Source: Bugula neritina (taxonomy: Eukaryota; Animalia; Bryozoa). From it: DNA of 64,000 nt. Under the pieces are notes generated by a model. That model saw nothing but the letters and a program-made list of their open reading frames with translations. It was not told the DNA's origin and searched no databases. A program made the translations under genes and the position numbers. Each line of letters opens with the position of its first letter. Within the stretch, counting starts at the first letter, position 1. The stretch is taken from contig OZ037766.1 of the NCBI GenBank assembly GCA_964035545.1, positions 20,324,767 through 20,388,766 of the forward strand, written 5' to 3'. Positions 38,660 through 53,100 of this stretch are shown here, one piece after another.

Positions 38660-39460
38660 TCAATAATTATATTAATAATATTAATAATAATACTGATTGT
38701 TGTACTCATTGAATTCGATTTTGAATGAGTGTCTTACAGTTACAGTTACATCATCGTGATCTTGATCAATGATACTCATTTAGTATTATTATTATTATTA
38801 GTATTATTACTCGCTGTACTACCAGGTTTAGTATTACAAGTAATAATACTATTAGTAGTAATACTAGTATAAGTATTACTACTGTCTAGTGCCTACTACT
38901 ACTACTACTACTACTAGTAGTACTAGTACTAGTAGTACTTTTACTTTATTAGTGTACTACTGCTAGTGCCCAAGGCCAAGGCTAATAGACGTAGTAATAA
39001 TAGTTCAACTACTATTAACTCTAGGTTAGTAGCTAAGCCTAATCATTATGATTATGATTATGACTGATGGCATTATACTAATACTGTAATAATAAATATA
39101 CCATATTCATAAAATTAATTTAATTAATAAATTATATGTATTTCTATTTGACTATTACTCAGTAATACTATTAGTATTAGTATTTCAATTTGATTTCATA
39201 TTATTATTAATATTATAATTATTAATATAAATATTCTCTATTATTATTATATCATATAATTATATTATTATAATAAACATATAATTATATATTATGGCTA
39301 TGAGTATTGAGTATCTTTATCAATAGTGAATAATAATACTAATACTAATAGCAGTATATTTATAATTATTCCTAGCAATAACCAACGGTTATACTTATAA
39401 TCACTGAACTGTAACTATAAGTATAAGGGTTATAGTTCAATGCTTATAATAATAATTAGT
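38660..39460. repeat. AT-rich low-complexity tract of short duplications and palindromes
   Basis: TAG/TAT/ACT iterations, GCCAAGGCCAAGGC, TTACAGTTACAGTTAC, many ACTAGT/AGTACT. Confidence 0.8.
39402..39442. mobile_element. 41-bp micro-MITE
   Basis: CACTGAACTGTAAC...GTTATAGTTCAATG with perfect 8-bp TSD CTTATAAT (39394-39401, 39443-39450). Confidence 0.8.
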
Positions 39461-40640
39461 TGAAACAGTCACATGTTCACAGGAAAACCCGGGTTTGGAG
39501 AAAACTTACCAGCAAGACAAAAAGACAACTCCTACACAAAAATATTTCCGCTTCCTTTCACCACATTATTAATAAAATAGTAAATTTATATAGTACAGAT
39601 ATATTTAGGTACATCTTACAAGTGAATATAGCACACCACACATATTTCCATTCATTCTAGGGTTGGACAAAGCTTGATTTGTCAATTTTCTTAAAATCAG
39701 CTGACTATATGCAACCTGTAATAAATATCTTACTATTGCTTATCATGTTTTGTTTTACTGATGCGCAATGCAGGATACAAGAACTTTGCAAAATTTTATT
39801 TTGTTGTTCATGTTACATTTATTTTCTAATAATGAAAATAATCAAATAAAACTTATGAATGCATTGGTGACAGTAAAAATGTGATGGTATAAAAACTTAC
39901 ACAAAATTATGGAAAAAACAGACTTCAAAGATTTAGAACTTTCAATTGTAGTTACTTCAAGGCTTAAAATAATATATTAATCTTATTCATCCAGTATGGC
40001 AATTGTTGGATCAAGACACAGGAATTTTTTTTCAACTTTCAATAATTTTCAACATTGTACCACCAGACAAGTATAAATACAGTGTAGGCCTAGCGATTAA
40101 CTATACTTTTCGGGATATATTGCCAGTCACTCTTAGAAACTGTTGTGGGCCGGAAATGTATAGTTGTAAAAAATAGGTTGCAATAAAGGATAAACATAAA
40201 TTTGAACACTGGCAAAAACAATGACTCATTGCAGCTCAATCACAAAATAGTGAACTTTAGAACACAACACTAATAAAATAATAATATAAAACATTACACA
40301 AATAAAACAGTTTTGGTTTGCAAACCAGCCGAATACACTTCTAAGTGACTGAAACATCAGTTTACAACTTTAGGATGATAATCATAACACAGAACAGTAT
40401 ATGAAAACATAACTCCTATTATTAAAAAACAGCCGTAAAATTGTAGATGTAGGCTAATTCAGGTAAAAAGAAAACACATTGTAGGCATAAAGATATGAAA
40501 ACAGTGAGGTACAAATATTTACTAAATATTACTCATATGCAACCAATATTTCAAATTGCAATTTTCAAAGGTACTGTTTACTTCCCATGTATTTACTCAG
40601 CACTAGAAACTATCACAGAGCAGCTAACTCCCAAAAGAAT

Positions 40641-43600
40641 CTACGTAATAGAGCATTTGCTTTTCACACTTGTAGTTGAGGATGCTAGCTGCTTTGAAGG
40701 TTTAGCCTTATTTCCTTTGACTCGTTTAGACTTAGCTCCAAGTGTGAGCATTTGTCTTTTCTCTTGTAGGAGTAGCTGCTCAAACATTTGTGAAGTGTTA
40801 TACTGTTGTTTGGCAGATGACTCTATATATGAACATTTCCACGACTTGGCTAAATTCAACCCTTCATTCTCTAAAACCTCCCGATAAGTCAAGTCACACT
40901 TGTTACCTACAATAATCAAGGGTGTGGCGTCCAGTGCCCGTTTAATAGATAATATTTCAGTAAAGTAAGTCTTAAGGCTAGTAAAGGATTGTCTGTTATT
41001 TATAGCGTAAACAAGGATGAAAGCATTTCCTCTTTGAATGGCAAGTTTGGCCATGGCAGGAAATGAGTGGCTCCCTCCAGTGTCAGTGATAATAAGTGAA
41101 CAAATGGAACCATTGGAATTCACAGCCTAAAATGAAACAATAACTTTAAATAAAATTGTAAGCAGAAACCATAAAAAACCAGACAGAATCTGCTATAGAC
41201 TACACAGCATTGACTAGACTCTAGAGAGTACATACTACAGAGTATGAGAGTATAAACTATAGAGTAAAGACTGAGCAGATAACATGAACAAATACCTTTA
41301 AATTTAGCACAATTTGGCTAGATAAGATCAAAATAACGTCAATGTTTAGTCTACATCTTAAATTTTACATAAAATGGATTATTTCCAAAAAATAGTTTAA
41401 TATTCCTGGGCTAAGTAAGCTCAGCTATACTACCAACAGATAGGTTAACTAATGCAGCCAGTACGTAGGTGGCTTCTATTTTCTATACTTAGATGATTTC
41501 AAGTAATAGTAGTGTACACTATACACTGCCAAACAAAAGAGTAGTTCTAAAAAATTGATTTTAAAAAAGTTAATTGAAATAAATCCTAGTGTTGGTTGTC
41601 TTTCGCTAAAATTATGAGATTTTGTCTAACTCATACATATACTTTGGCCCAGTTTAAAAATGTTAACACAGCCAAGGAATGTTTGCTTATAAAATTTATA
41701 GTTGATAAAAACCTGTGAATTATTAAGTATCTCAAATCTAACTATGTGTATTATATGTGAAGTAATCAGGGAATGCAAAAATAAGTGTATAAAGTAGTTT
41801 GTTTGCTCATGTTAATACTTGAGTAAATTTCTATGACTATTTTCCAGAACTGAATTTTCATGTATGGTAATAATTAGTATTTCAGCAAGTGTTGGGTACA
41901 TATCACGTGATACTGTTCTTTACACATATTGAAGTAAGTCTTCCCTGGAGAAATAAATTGGTCACTAATCATGTTAGTGGAATGCTGGAGCAAAATGTTG
42001 ATGTTAAACCATACAAGGCTAATGGAAATTAAACACAAATCCAAATGCTAATTGGTTAGCAAACCCTATTAGTGACATGTAGAAGATATGACTAAAGTAT
42101 TTTAATAATGTGTAGCCTAAGGATATTATGACATGTGAGTTTGTTAGATACCAATGCAGCCGAAAATACAAGTCCTTGTTACCTAATCTAGTCTATGTAT
42201 ATTTGAGGTCTGTAGAAAAACTGGGAAATAAAATGCACTTTGGGGAAGAAATTTGGAAACTGATTGTTACAGCATTCATGGTTGTGTATGAAATCAACTT
42301 TAGGTGAGCGATGAAAAGTGTGTTGGTGTATAACCAAGTAAGAATACCTTAACCTCCAATAATTGAATGTCTTTGAATTTTATTGGTTTCAGTAAGCATA
42401 GAAAAATTTAATTCAGAATCACCTCCGCATTATCGCTTGTTTTTGGTGGTTGCTTAGTAAACGTTTGAACTTGGACCTCGACAAAAGCCATTGGTGATAT
42501 TAGGAAAAGTATCCAGTCATAATTGCTCCTGTGCCCCATCTGAATAAGCTCTTATCCTGATTTAACAAAAAACCCTTTCCATCAGTGGTTTCTCACAGGA
42601 ATGGCGACTATAAACTTGAGTGATTTTTTTATTAATGCAAATCAAGCAATTGCTATTCTACCAAAGTTAGCAATGATGAGTCAACGATCATCAATTTCTT
42701 GAAATTTGTAATAAGGAGCATTGAGGAATAGCTTAAAACTTGTTCAACTTAATATAAATTGTTCTATGGAATACAATAATCAAAGCAAGTTTGTGGGAGG
42801 TAATTTCACTGAAAATATGTTTACTACTTCCATTCATCAACAAGCTGCCTCTGCTAATGCTTGTAACTTTAAACTCTAATTACTAACACAATGTTGCAGA
42901 GGCCTTTCTCCATTACCTAAAGTCTGAAGTCTAAAGCATAAACTATAAATGCATACTTGATAAATAAAAATAAAATAAATCCCTTATCTTATAGTATGAA
43001 ACTAAAAAAATATACAGTTATATTTTCAGAAAAAGTGCATCCCACAATTTTATTCAGTTGCCAAGAATAAAAGAGGCAAGCAGTTAATTCGTAATAATTA
43101 TTATTGCTAATAGTATTAATCTACCAATTATTAATCACTGTGGCTATAAATTTAAAACTAAAAATAGAAAGTAATGATGATCACCTTTCTCAAACACCCA
43201 CTAATCAGAATAAGTCTCTCATTTTCTGGTCGGCAGCAACTTTACCTCTCAACATTTTAATTAGTAGTATACAAGAATCACTTGATAAATATACATATTA
43301 GTTTTATTATAATATTTTTAGTTTACCCAAGTTGTATTTTGCTCAAATTTTTTACAGCAATTTTATATATATTTGGAACTTCAAAGCCTTCAAAGTTATT
43401 ATTCTAAGTATTCAAATCTCGTCAAGTTGAATAACAATATGTAAAATGAGCTGGAAACTTGACAAAAATGCAAACACAACTACAAACCGAGCATCAGGGA
43501 CCAGTTTAACCGTGCAAAACACATAATTGCTTTCATTACTTTTTCATAATACAAAAACTGGTATGATTTTCATCTCAACTAAATTTAATATGATTATCTG

Positions 43601-44323
43601 TGGTTTCACATTGTGCATGGCTAAGTGTAATGCTGAAATTGCAGTTAGTGAATGTAATTACACAAACTGTCTAGAATCTAGATTATTTCCATGTTAGCTT
43701 TTACATTACACAAGCATTAATTATTAATATTAATATGACATAAATGCCATATTGATAATATAAATATACAACATGACATAAAAATAAATCATTAATTAGT
43801 GGCAAAAGTAGGCCAGATGCTAACCTCTTCTTCTAATATGTTATATATATTGAGTTACATAAATTTCTATTGACTCTATCTACATACTGCAACAGGTATG
43901 TTACATTATAAGTAAATGTATATTATTTTGTAGATATATAACTAGAAGTAGGTGCAGTAGTGGAAAAATTAAGATAGCCTAAGTTCTTTAAATTTCTTTA
44001 TGGATTTTGGTTTCAGGTGCAGGTGAAATTTTTGCGAAAACATAACTTCTTTTGCTACATTTCTAATCTAATCAATTTCTCCATTAATGCACCTAGGCTA
44101 CTTCTAGTCATATATCTACAAGATAATATACATTTACTTATAACGTAACGTACTGTACCTGTCTATACGTGTCCTCAATAGTTGGAGTATAGTGATCTTT
44201 GAAAGTACCATTCAGAAATCTTTGAATCAAAGAGGTTTTTCCAACAGCAGCGCTTCCAAATACTACAACCTTGTATTCTGTTTGCTCAGTGCTGTTTTGA
44301 CTCCAGGTAGACATAGCTAGCAT
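40641..44323 (-). CDS. DIRAS2: DIRAS-family (Di-Ras) small GTPase, 2 coding exons, about 216 aa
   Basis: Exons 44159-44323 ([25 protein letters not shown]) and 40641-41126 ([27 protein letters not shown] CaaX), phase-0 junction. Family assignment is solid; exact DIRAS1/2 orthology is not. Confidence 0.88.
42445..42616 (+). mobile_element. tRNA-derived SINE-like repeat, copy 2 (in DIRAS intron)
   Basis: Diverged colinear match to 4270-4437. Confidence 0.6.
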
Positions 44324-46786
44324 TCTATAAATAACAAGTATACAGGAGATCATAAATCCCGAGCCCCAATTATATTACATAACAGCAAGTTTTTTTATTT
44401 TTAGTTTACCATCATCTGATAGCCAAGGCTGTAGAGCTTGCTATCTGACAGAAGACAAGACTAATTTAATTAAATGAGCTTGAAGCAAAAATAAATATGA
44501 CACCGACATATTTACCTATTTGGACTTGTTATACAAATCTTTGCAGTTTCTATATTATATAATAATTACACAAGTCCATCAAGTAAATTAATTGTTGAGT
44601 AAAACACACAAGATGTATACTTGTCATCAGGGAAATTACACATTGCACAATCCTAAAACTATAATTATGTTACATCATCAGCCAAGCAACACCAGAAAAT
44701 TGATTATCTTCCAAAACACAGAGTCTGTCATTTAAGCAGCATTCATGTAATTGAATGCTGTATATATATATTGGCAAATATTACGCTGTTAATGAGTCTA
44801 TCACACCTGTTGCAATATGTCAAGCTGTATCAGTCTGACACCAGGTTTTAACCCGTTTTAAAAAATTACAACATGTAGGCTGCAGAGGTAATAAAACTGA
44901 ACTAGAAGCAATTTCAAGACCATTTCCTGTATTACACTATCCATTTAATTCTTAGCCCCACTTCTTAACATAAGCTGCTATTTTTAATGATATTCAAGAA
45001 AGCTGGGGAGTCTCACACCAACCCAACAATGCAGTCAATTGTTCTATATTACTTAGTTACTCAATACTCCTAGAAGTCACTCAAATGGATAAAATAGGCT
45101 GCTGTTGATGGACTCAAGAAAGTAGCTGATCACAAAACCAGAAGTAAAAGCATATTGCTATAATGGTTTTCTCCTATGTTACATAAGACAAGAGGTGTGA
45201 AAAAAATCATTACAAGAAATAAAAAGTCTAATCTGGCTCAACATACAAAAAACATTGCAACAATTAGAGATTTCCCACACATGCATTTACAAGTAAATGA
45301 ATGGAATACTACAAGTGCTTAAAAGTATATTGCTTACCAAGAACTCACTTACTGAGTGAATGCCGATTAAATTGGTGGATTCTTAATATAATTTAGGTTG
45401 ATAGAATACTGAGAGATTACATACTAAATGGTTGAAAGAAAGATGCCCGATATTACACAGAGTTGAGTGGATATCAGCAGCGCAGTCTGTGAAGGGCCAT
45501 TACTCAAAGTCAACTCACTCAACAAATCAATGAGGAGATTAGAGGCTCAGGAGGAGAGCGAATATCCAATAGGAGTGCTTGAAGCATTCACACTGCTATT
45601 ATATATTGCAACACACGAGGGAAATGCTAGTGCTGCTTATAATCTCCACTTGGTTTAAATATGAGAGGCGTCAGTAATGACAAATTTGTCATTAACAAAG
45701 CCTCTCACATTCTAATTCAACGTCAAGTTTCTAAAATACCCTGGCTGACTATTCCTTTAAACCACTTGTAGCAGAGAGTTAGACTGACAATTGTATTGGT
45801 GCTTACAACCCGTGTCTTAGGCAGCATTACTCTGTATTCTCACTGCTTCACAAATTGTTTTTTAACCAGCTGATTTATAACTTCAGTTGAAAAATTAAAC
45901 AAACTATATGTGTCTACCTATAACATGAGCGTCTTAGAATTTAATGTTACAAGTGAACATAATTATAAATAAACTGATTCATTGTTTTATAACAAGAAGA
46001 ATTCCTAACAGAGAATAATTTCTGATTTAAATAAGCTAATGTTTCAGTAGCAGGTATTGGAGTTTAGCTAGACATTGAAGAAAAGAAGATATTATACTAT
46101 TACTCTTGTAAAATAAATCTGTTATGCAGTTTATCAACTTTTTAAATTTTGGGCTCTCACTAAAATGGGGGGGGGAGGTTCGACTAGTAAATCTAAGAAA
46201 TAATGTTTGCTATGCATCACCAATATGATATTCATTAACAACTTACGATTTTTAAAGCTTTTTAAAATACCAATGGAGAATCAAATTGGGTAGAATACAA
46301 TAACTTCCACATTAATTTTCTGATGAAAAAAATTTAACTGGAGCCTAAACTTCATGTACTTTCGAACTAAACCTAAAGAACGCAGTTTGGTAAAAACTTT
46401 AGTGACATTATTTCTCAATATTCATACTCTTGCTAAAATATTTATGCAATAAAACGTAGAAATTGAGGCTGATGCAGGACAATCTTTTTACTCAAATTAA
46501 AACAAGTTGCAAATTTTGTGTTTTTACAGGTATTTATGGGTGCGAACTGGTCATTCATAGTACAGAAAGAAAGAGAGGAATACAAATAATGTAATCCTTA
46601 CCAAGTAGAGAAATTTAAATAAATGGCAATCTGACTTCTCCCTTTGACTACATATACTCTGTGCGGCATCAACCCGTTTAGTCCAGGGCAAAAAGAGCAG
46701 CTAGGCGATTTTAAATCCATCTTTTTATTGGCTAATACAACTTTGACATCATCAAACTATAATTTTCAGTGCCTGATAGCTACCAC

Positions 46787-46834
46787 TCTTAAACTATAAC
46801 TTTCTTATAGCACTAAGGAAGTTATAGTTCAATG
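46787..46834. mobile_element. 48-bp micro-MITE (hairpin)
   Basis: Ends in GTTATAGTTCAATG with a degenerate left end; 8-bp TSD GCTACCAC (46779-46786, 46835-46842). Confidence 0.7.
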
Positions 46835-48060
46835 GCTACCACCACAACACTACACAAGACTCTGTTCATGGTTGTAAATAGTATAACTTAGTCAGAAGAT
46901 GGGCATACATACCATCACAAAATTAGGTTGGTGCTAGCTGCTGGACTTGTGGCTTTAGACAGCAGAGCTGGGAGGTGCAACCACTTCAAGTATGTTAGAG
47001 AGAATACCTCTGTTATAATAGCCTTCAGATTTCAACCGTTGTGAAACTTCTGTAACATAAACATACTGAAAAGGTTTCCACAAAGAGATTACTTATGGAA
47101 TGAAATGGCATAATAGAGAGGAAACGCTCTCAAATAGATTGAGTATGAACACGACAATTATGGTGTTGTTCAACTATACTTATATTGGATTTTATAGCTT
47201 GAAGCACCAGTTGAAACCCACAAATACCTTGGCAGGAAAACAGAAGACCCAGTGAGTGAATAGTGTTGCATGCCTGAAATTTGTTCTAGTAAATCAATGT
47301 TCTAATCACGTACATGATTATGTGACACTCATTGAACAAGACATAGAAAAGCCTAGATACAACTTAAAGCATTTATTACCAACTAGTTATTGAGATATAA
47401 CAACTACATTCACATGTCTTATTTTTCTTAAGAAGCCCTTTCTCAAGCGATTTCATTAAGAGGTGAGGAGACAACTCCTATGCACTGGAAATTTGATTTA
47501 AAAATATTTACATTTACTGTGAGTTATCCTTCTGGTCTATGCAGTGACAAAAGGAAAACAGAATAAAAACTAAATGTGTACTAGTAACAGAAAAACATGC
47601 AACATGGGTTAAAGATACAAAATCAGATGGACACATAGCAAACTACTAGGCTTCTTTATATGTAAAATATATTAATAAATCAGGGGAAATGTTAAACAAA
47701 ACCACCATTGGAGAGGATGTCCTACAGCAAACAGAACCATGTTATTGATAAAACTGAGCATCATAATCAGCAGTTTTAAATTATTAGTATTGCTAATAAT
47801 AGTAGTACTGCGAGTAAAACTGCAACACAAATGAAAGTGAAAAACTGGCCATATAGATATAGTATTAGTAGGAGTTACACGTGCAGTAATACTGGTAATA
47901 ATACAGTACATCTAGTATTAGCAACACTAGTAGTAGCAGTTGATTCCTTAGTAGTAGTAGTGGTGGTGGTAGTAGTAGCAGCTATAGTAGTAGTGCTGAG
48001 TAATAACAGTGACAGTACTTTGAGCAGTAGCCATCAGATCACTAGAGTGATAGAGAGTTG

Positions 48061-48311
48061 TACTAGGGGCAGGAGTACTAGGGGCAGGAGTACTAGGGGT
48101 AGGAGTACTAGGGGTAGGAGTACTAGGGCCAGGAGTACTAGGGGTAGGAGTACTAGGGGCAGGAGTACTAGGGGTAGAAGTACTAGGGGTAGGAGACTAG
48201 GGGCAGGAGTACTAGGGGCAGAAGTACTAGGGGCAGGAGTACTAGGGGCAGAAATACTAGGGGTAGGAGTACTAGGGGCAGAAGTACTAGGGGCAGGAGT
48301 ACTAGGGGCAG
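48061..48311 (+). repeat. 15-bp G-rich minisatellite TACTAGGGGYAGRAG, 16 copies plus a partial
   Basis: Direct count of units; one unit is 14 bp. Confidence 0.95.
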
Positions 48312-49505
48312 TATAAGTCTAAAAGAGAAATCATCACCTCTTACAAACTGTTTCTTTTATGTTACAGTTACACACAGGGTTAGATAATTAAATTTTTCAG
48401 CATAGATATATAATTAGAAAATCCATAAGTACGTGAAGTCCCAAGACCGCAGTGCTATAATTGCCCAGCTGCATTGTTTTAGACAAGAATCCTAATTTAT
48501 TTCCAAAATAGCAACCAATACTCAAGTATAGCTCTCAAAACAAAAAAGAGAGGAGCGGGAACTGGAACAGGTAAGATGGGATTAATGTAGTGATCAGCTG
48601 TTTAAGTACTGCCAACCCAGAAACAGAACATAACATATTAAGAGTTGCATCACATTATAAACAGCAATATCCAACATAGTAGAGTATTGCTGAGATAAGT
48701 TTACACATTCCCAATCATTATTAGGAATATCAAAACACAAGTAAGGAATATTCGATTCCACTTATAAAACCCTGACCCTCCCAATCTAGACTCTAGTTAG
48801 ACTTACATATAAGCCTGAATCTACCATTTGTAAAAATATAAAGTTCTGAAAAGTTTATTGTAATCCAAATTTGCTAGACTATTTATAGACTTGTATAATT
48901 GCCTAAAACAGCAAAAAGTCAAAACTATTAGGAGCTTGATAAAAAACTTATAATCATTCTTGTTGAGAATTATCAACATCTTTCATCTTCTGCCGGGAAA
49001 GTTTATACTGAGCAAAAATTTAATAAATTATTGTAATCAAATTAAAATAAACCCTTTCTGTTTTAGCTGTAGTAACAAATTATCTAAAAAAAATCAAAGC
49101 AGTAAATAAATGAACACTATTATTAGATTTTGCAGTTTAAATACAGTGCTAGTAAGCACAGCACTATCTTTTAATCAAATTACCTTTATACCTTTTTAAA
49201 AATTCTCACGACAACAAGTAACTTTTGATCTTCAAAGTAAATGCTAGCATGAATAAAAACTGCTAAGAAATGGCCACTTTAAATACTGTATACAACAGCA
49301 TTGGGTGTTATGGGGTGCTCACTGCTCCTATCATGCAAGGGAAATAACCAGTTTATTCTCCAAACTTATGAGTTGTCTACTCATACTATGATTATTGAAA
49401 ATTGGCCAAATGGTATGTTTTTCTAAAAATTCTTGAGAAAGATACAATATATGGCAACAGCAATTTGTTATATTTTATATAATGAACATATGACACAGTA
49501 TATTT

Positions 49506-50011
49506 TAGGGTTGGAGTAAATTACATGTGAATATTATTAATTACAATTACAATTACATGAAAATTTGCCAATTACAATTATAATTACAGTTAAAAAGTAA
49601 TGTCATTAATTACGATTACATCACAATGTAATTAATCACAATTACTTTTGTTCTCACAAGGAATAAATAGAAGTTATGCCATCTCATTTCTAGGGTCCAA
49701 CTACCAGGAGCAATTTTGACAATGGTGAACCTTCTTTGTTCTCAACAGTGATACTATACTACATTGACTTAGTGTGAAATTGTTTCTGTTTAGACATGGT
49801 AAGAAAACATGGTTTTGTTTAATATTTAAAAGTTCAAAGTAATTAACATGTAACTATAAAGTAATTTTAAAAATCAATTACATTAGATATGCAATTAATT
49901 AAAACTACAATTACATTTTTATACATCAATTACAAATTACATTCAATTACTTGGAAAAATGTAATTAATTACAACCAATTACAATTACAAATTACAATTA
50001 CTCCAACCTTG
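49506..50011. mobile_element. hAT-type MITE rich in ATTAC repeats, copy 1
   Basis: TIR AGGGTTGGAGTAA / TTACTCCAACCTTG; degenerate 8-bp TSD GTATATTT/GTATACTC; colinear with 55863-56539. Confidence 0.85.
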
Positions 50012-50167
50012 GTATACTCACTTCCTGTGATTGAAAGGAAGAGAGTTGTGTGGGACAAGGAGAGCACCAAAATACTATTATCAACAGCACACCATTAGGA
50101 ATTGGCAAAATAAAACACTTTATTATGCAGCATACCATTTTGCTATAATTATATTAAATAAACATAC

Positions 50168-53100
50168 CAGTTTTTTCAAGTTTGTAAACTTCGTTTGTTG
50201 TCTTGTTCTTGGAAATAAGTAGGAGATGGTAGGTTGTGAACACTATGAGTAGACCTGCTAATAACAACAGCGTGCAGGCTAGAAGAAACGGTCTAGGGAA
50301 GTGGTAAAACTGGTACTACAAAAACACAATAAGTGACCTTGAAATAGCAAAACACGGTACATTTTATTTTTTATATTCTAATCTAAAATTTAAGCTATTG
50401 AGATAGACTCTGAAGAATCTGCATAAGAAGAGAGAGGAAAAGTTAATCAACCAATAAATTAAGCATCTCGAGATGATCAGCTGATTCAAGATTTTCGTTC
50501 AACAGAAATCGTAGCTTCTACACTTACTTCAAAAAGAAAAATTAAATCTTTTCAGTTATGGCATGTTTGGTATATAGATAATTAGGTCAACAAAATTTAC
50601 ATAATAATCACAACAGGGGAGCTAACTATAGCATCCCACACAGCGATGACTGTAGTACCACAATGATTAGAGTACTGCTTATACTCCACCATAACTATAA
50701 ACTTTAAAATTTCACGCATTGATATAACAAACTTTTTCCAAATAGTATCAACAATATTGTAAGTTAATGACGCTAGTTTTGTATTAGTTTTTTTGACAAC
50801 ATTTGAGAGCATAATACACTAAATCAGCAAGCAGTTTACAGGTGTAACACGATTATAAAGTTATGACTATGATTGTCTTCTACCTGAGCTAAGACAATTC
50901 CAGATAGTGGCTGTTTTTGGCCATAACTATCAATATACTTGTAGGCATAGAGCTTTCTTGTCTGATAGATTGTGTTGAAGAATTTTAAGGTAATGAGTAG
51001 ACCATTACAACACATGATAATGCCAGTTACGAGAATGCCGATAAAGTGTCTGTAGTTAAAGGCACCAATGCAACAGTTGATCCACATGCAATGGTGATCG
51101 AACTTGTGCACACATTTGTTACATACACCTACAATGTAATAACAAATTATGAACCTACCAGTAATAGTTGGTGCGATGGTAGAGAAAGCAGACTGATTGA
51201 TCTTCTAGGAAAGTAACACAGCTACGGTATGATTAGAACTTAAAGTATTACTTCAAGTTACACCAATTCACCCAAGCTATTTAGCCAATAATAGTGACTT
51301 TGATCAGCATACACTGCGAATGTAGTCCTATGTTCACACCGCATTTGCATGATTTTGTATTCAAGCAGATCAACAAATTGATTTATAAAACATGACTGCA
51401 GTTTATAATTAAGCTACAGAGTAACTAAAACAGCAACACCTCTCAAACTGCCTGCACATAAAGATATTGTAGAAATATATCACGAAATTTAAAAGTATTT
51501 CAAAAGAAGAAAATTTGTGTAAAACAATAATATTTAGATCAAACATCTGATAGATGAGAAGAAGTATGAGTAAACTGCTACCTCAACCCCACCCAAACAG
51601 AATGCCCTAAAACTACTAAGGCAATAGACTAAAAGTTTGAAAAATCAATACTTTGCTCTTTATGTTCTCATCTTATAATATAATTGTGAAACATATTTCT
51701 GTCAGTTTATATATATGGCAATGAAACCATTAAACAAAATCTTCAAGCAAAAACAATGCCAAACTCTTTTATTGAAACAAAAAATTAGTAGAGCATAAAG
51801 ATGTTTAATGCCTTGCAGTATAAACTTTCAATGAATTTAAGTGCTATAATTGTTTTCTACAAATGTAATTAATTTTTGGAGGTGTGAGAAAATTGAGTGG
51901 GTAGTCATTTTAATTTACTGGTGCATAAATGAGCAAGTAAAGGAAATTAAGTGAATTAAAATAAAGTGAGCATACACATAGATGAACTAATGCCAACCAC
52001 TAAACATACGAGTAGTACCTAGAATATCTCCAATATTTAATTTGAAACTTAGCAGAGTGTGTAAAATGATCAACAAAACTACAAAATGCACCTTGAGTTT
52101 TAAATGAGTATTTCATACTTACTGCAGTGTTTGCTTCTAGCTGGTTTTGCGTTGTTACATGTGGAACATACTGCACTGGGTGCATACAGCACTTCATCAT
52201 ACTTGTATATACGGCATAAGCTTTTACAATTGGAAGGAGTTATGATCCCAGGATCAGTGAGCACACACATGAGATAACACAATGTGTGTATCACCCACAT
52301 ATGGTACATCAGAGCTGCCATATTTATTGAGCTAGAAGTTTTATCTTGTTCAATATAGGGTAATACATCGTGTATAGCTACCATGTGACATCCCAACACT
52401 ACTGCATGATAGCAGAGAGCAAGGAAATTACGAACCCATCTACAATCAAGAGTGAAGACATAAAATCACAAAGTGATATTATCATGTCTTCAACAGTAGA
52501 ATATTTTATGCTTTGAATGAATATACATGTATAGTGCAGCAAGGAAAACAGTGTGAATTTTGTTTAAAGTACCTGAAAAAACTCTAATAGTATTAATAAA
52601 CCATAAGTATGAGGCTTCTGTCGCGGTTTCACATAGTTCAGATGTAGCTTTCACTTTGAATATAACATTAAAAGAAAACTAGTTATGTATTACCTTTTCC
52701 CAGCCATTGACAGTCAAAATGCAGTAATTACATTTTGCAGACTAATGAATGTTAGGCTGTAATAATCACAGCAGGAATTCAAAGATACAAATTAGTATTG
52801 ATTATTGGAGGATATAAATACTATAACAACTGACCTTGGTAAGCGAGAGACTTGCCATTGAGATGGTGTGTAAATGTTCACCAACTGAAAAGAGTCAATT
52901 CAAATAAAATTAAGAAGTACTGTTGTAGAATTGCATATATATTAATCTTGATGTGAATGAAGGTTAATATTAATAATAAACTAGTGTTGGCACAAATGAG
53001 GTAAAAAATGATAGTTAAATAGGCTACAATAGAACTAAAACTACATGGATAATTGAGAAAATTACTTAATAACCCAATCTTTGAAATTTACATAATTATA

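Noticed and set aside
47831-48316. 161-aa ORF with RGRST/GAGVL repeats and poly-Val
   Set aside because: By-product of a GTA microsatellite and the 15-bp minisatellite
52573-52741. Possible small ZDHHC4 exons
   Set aside because: The flanking exons already join in frame, and these candidates introduce stops or frameshifts
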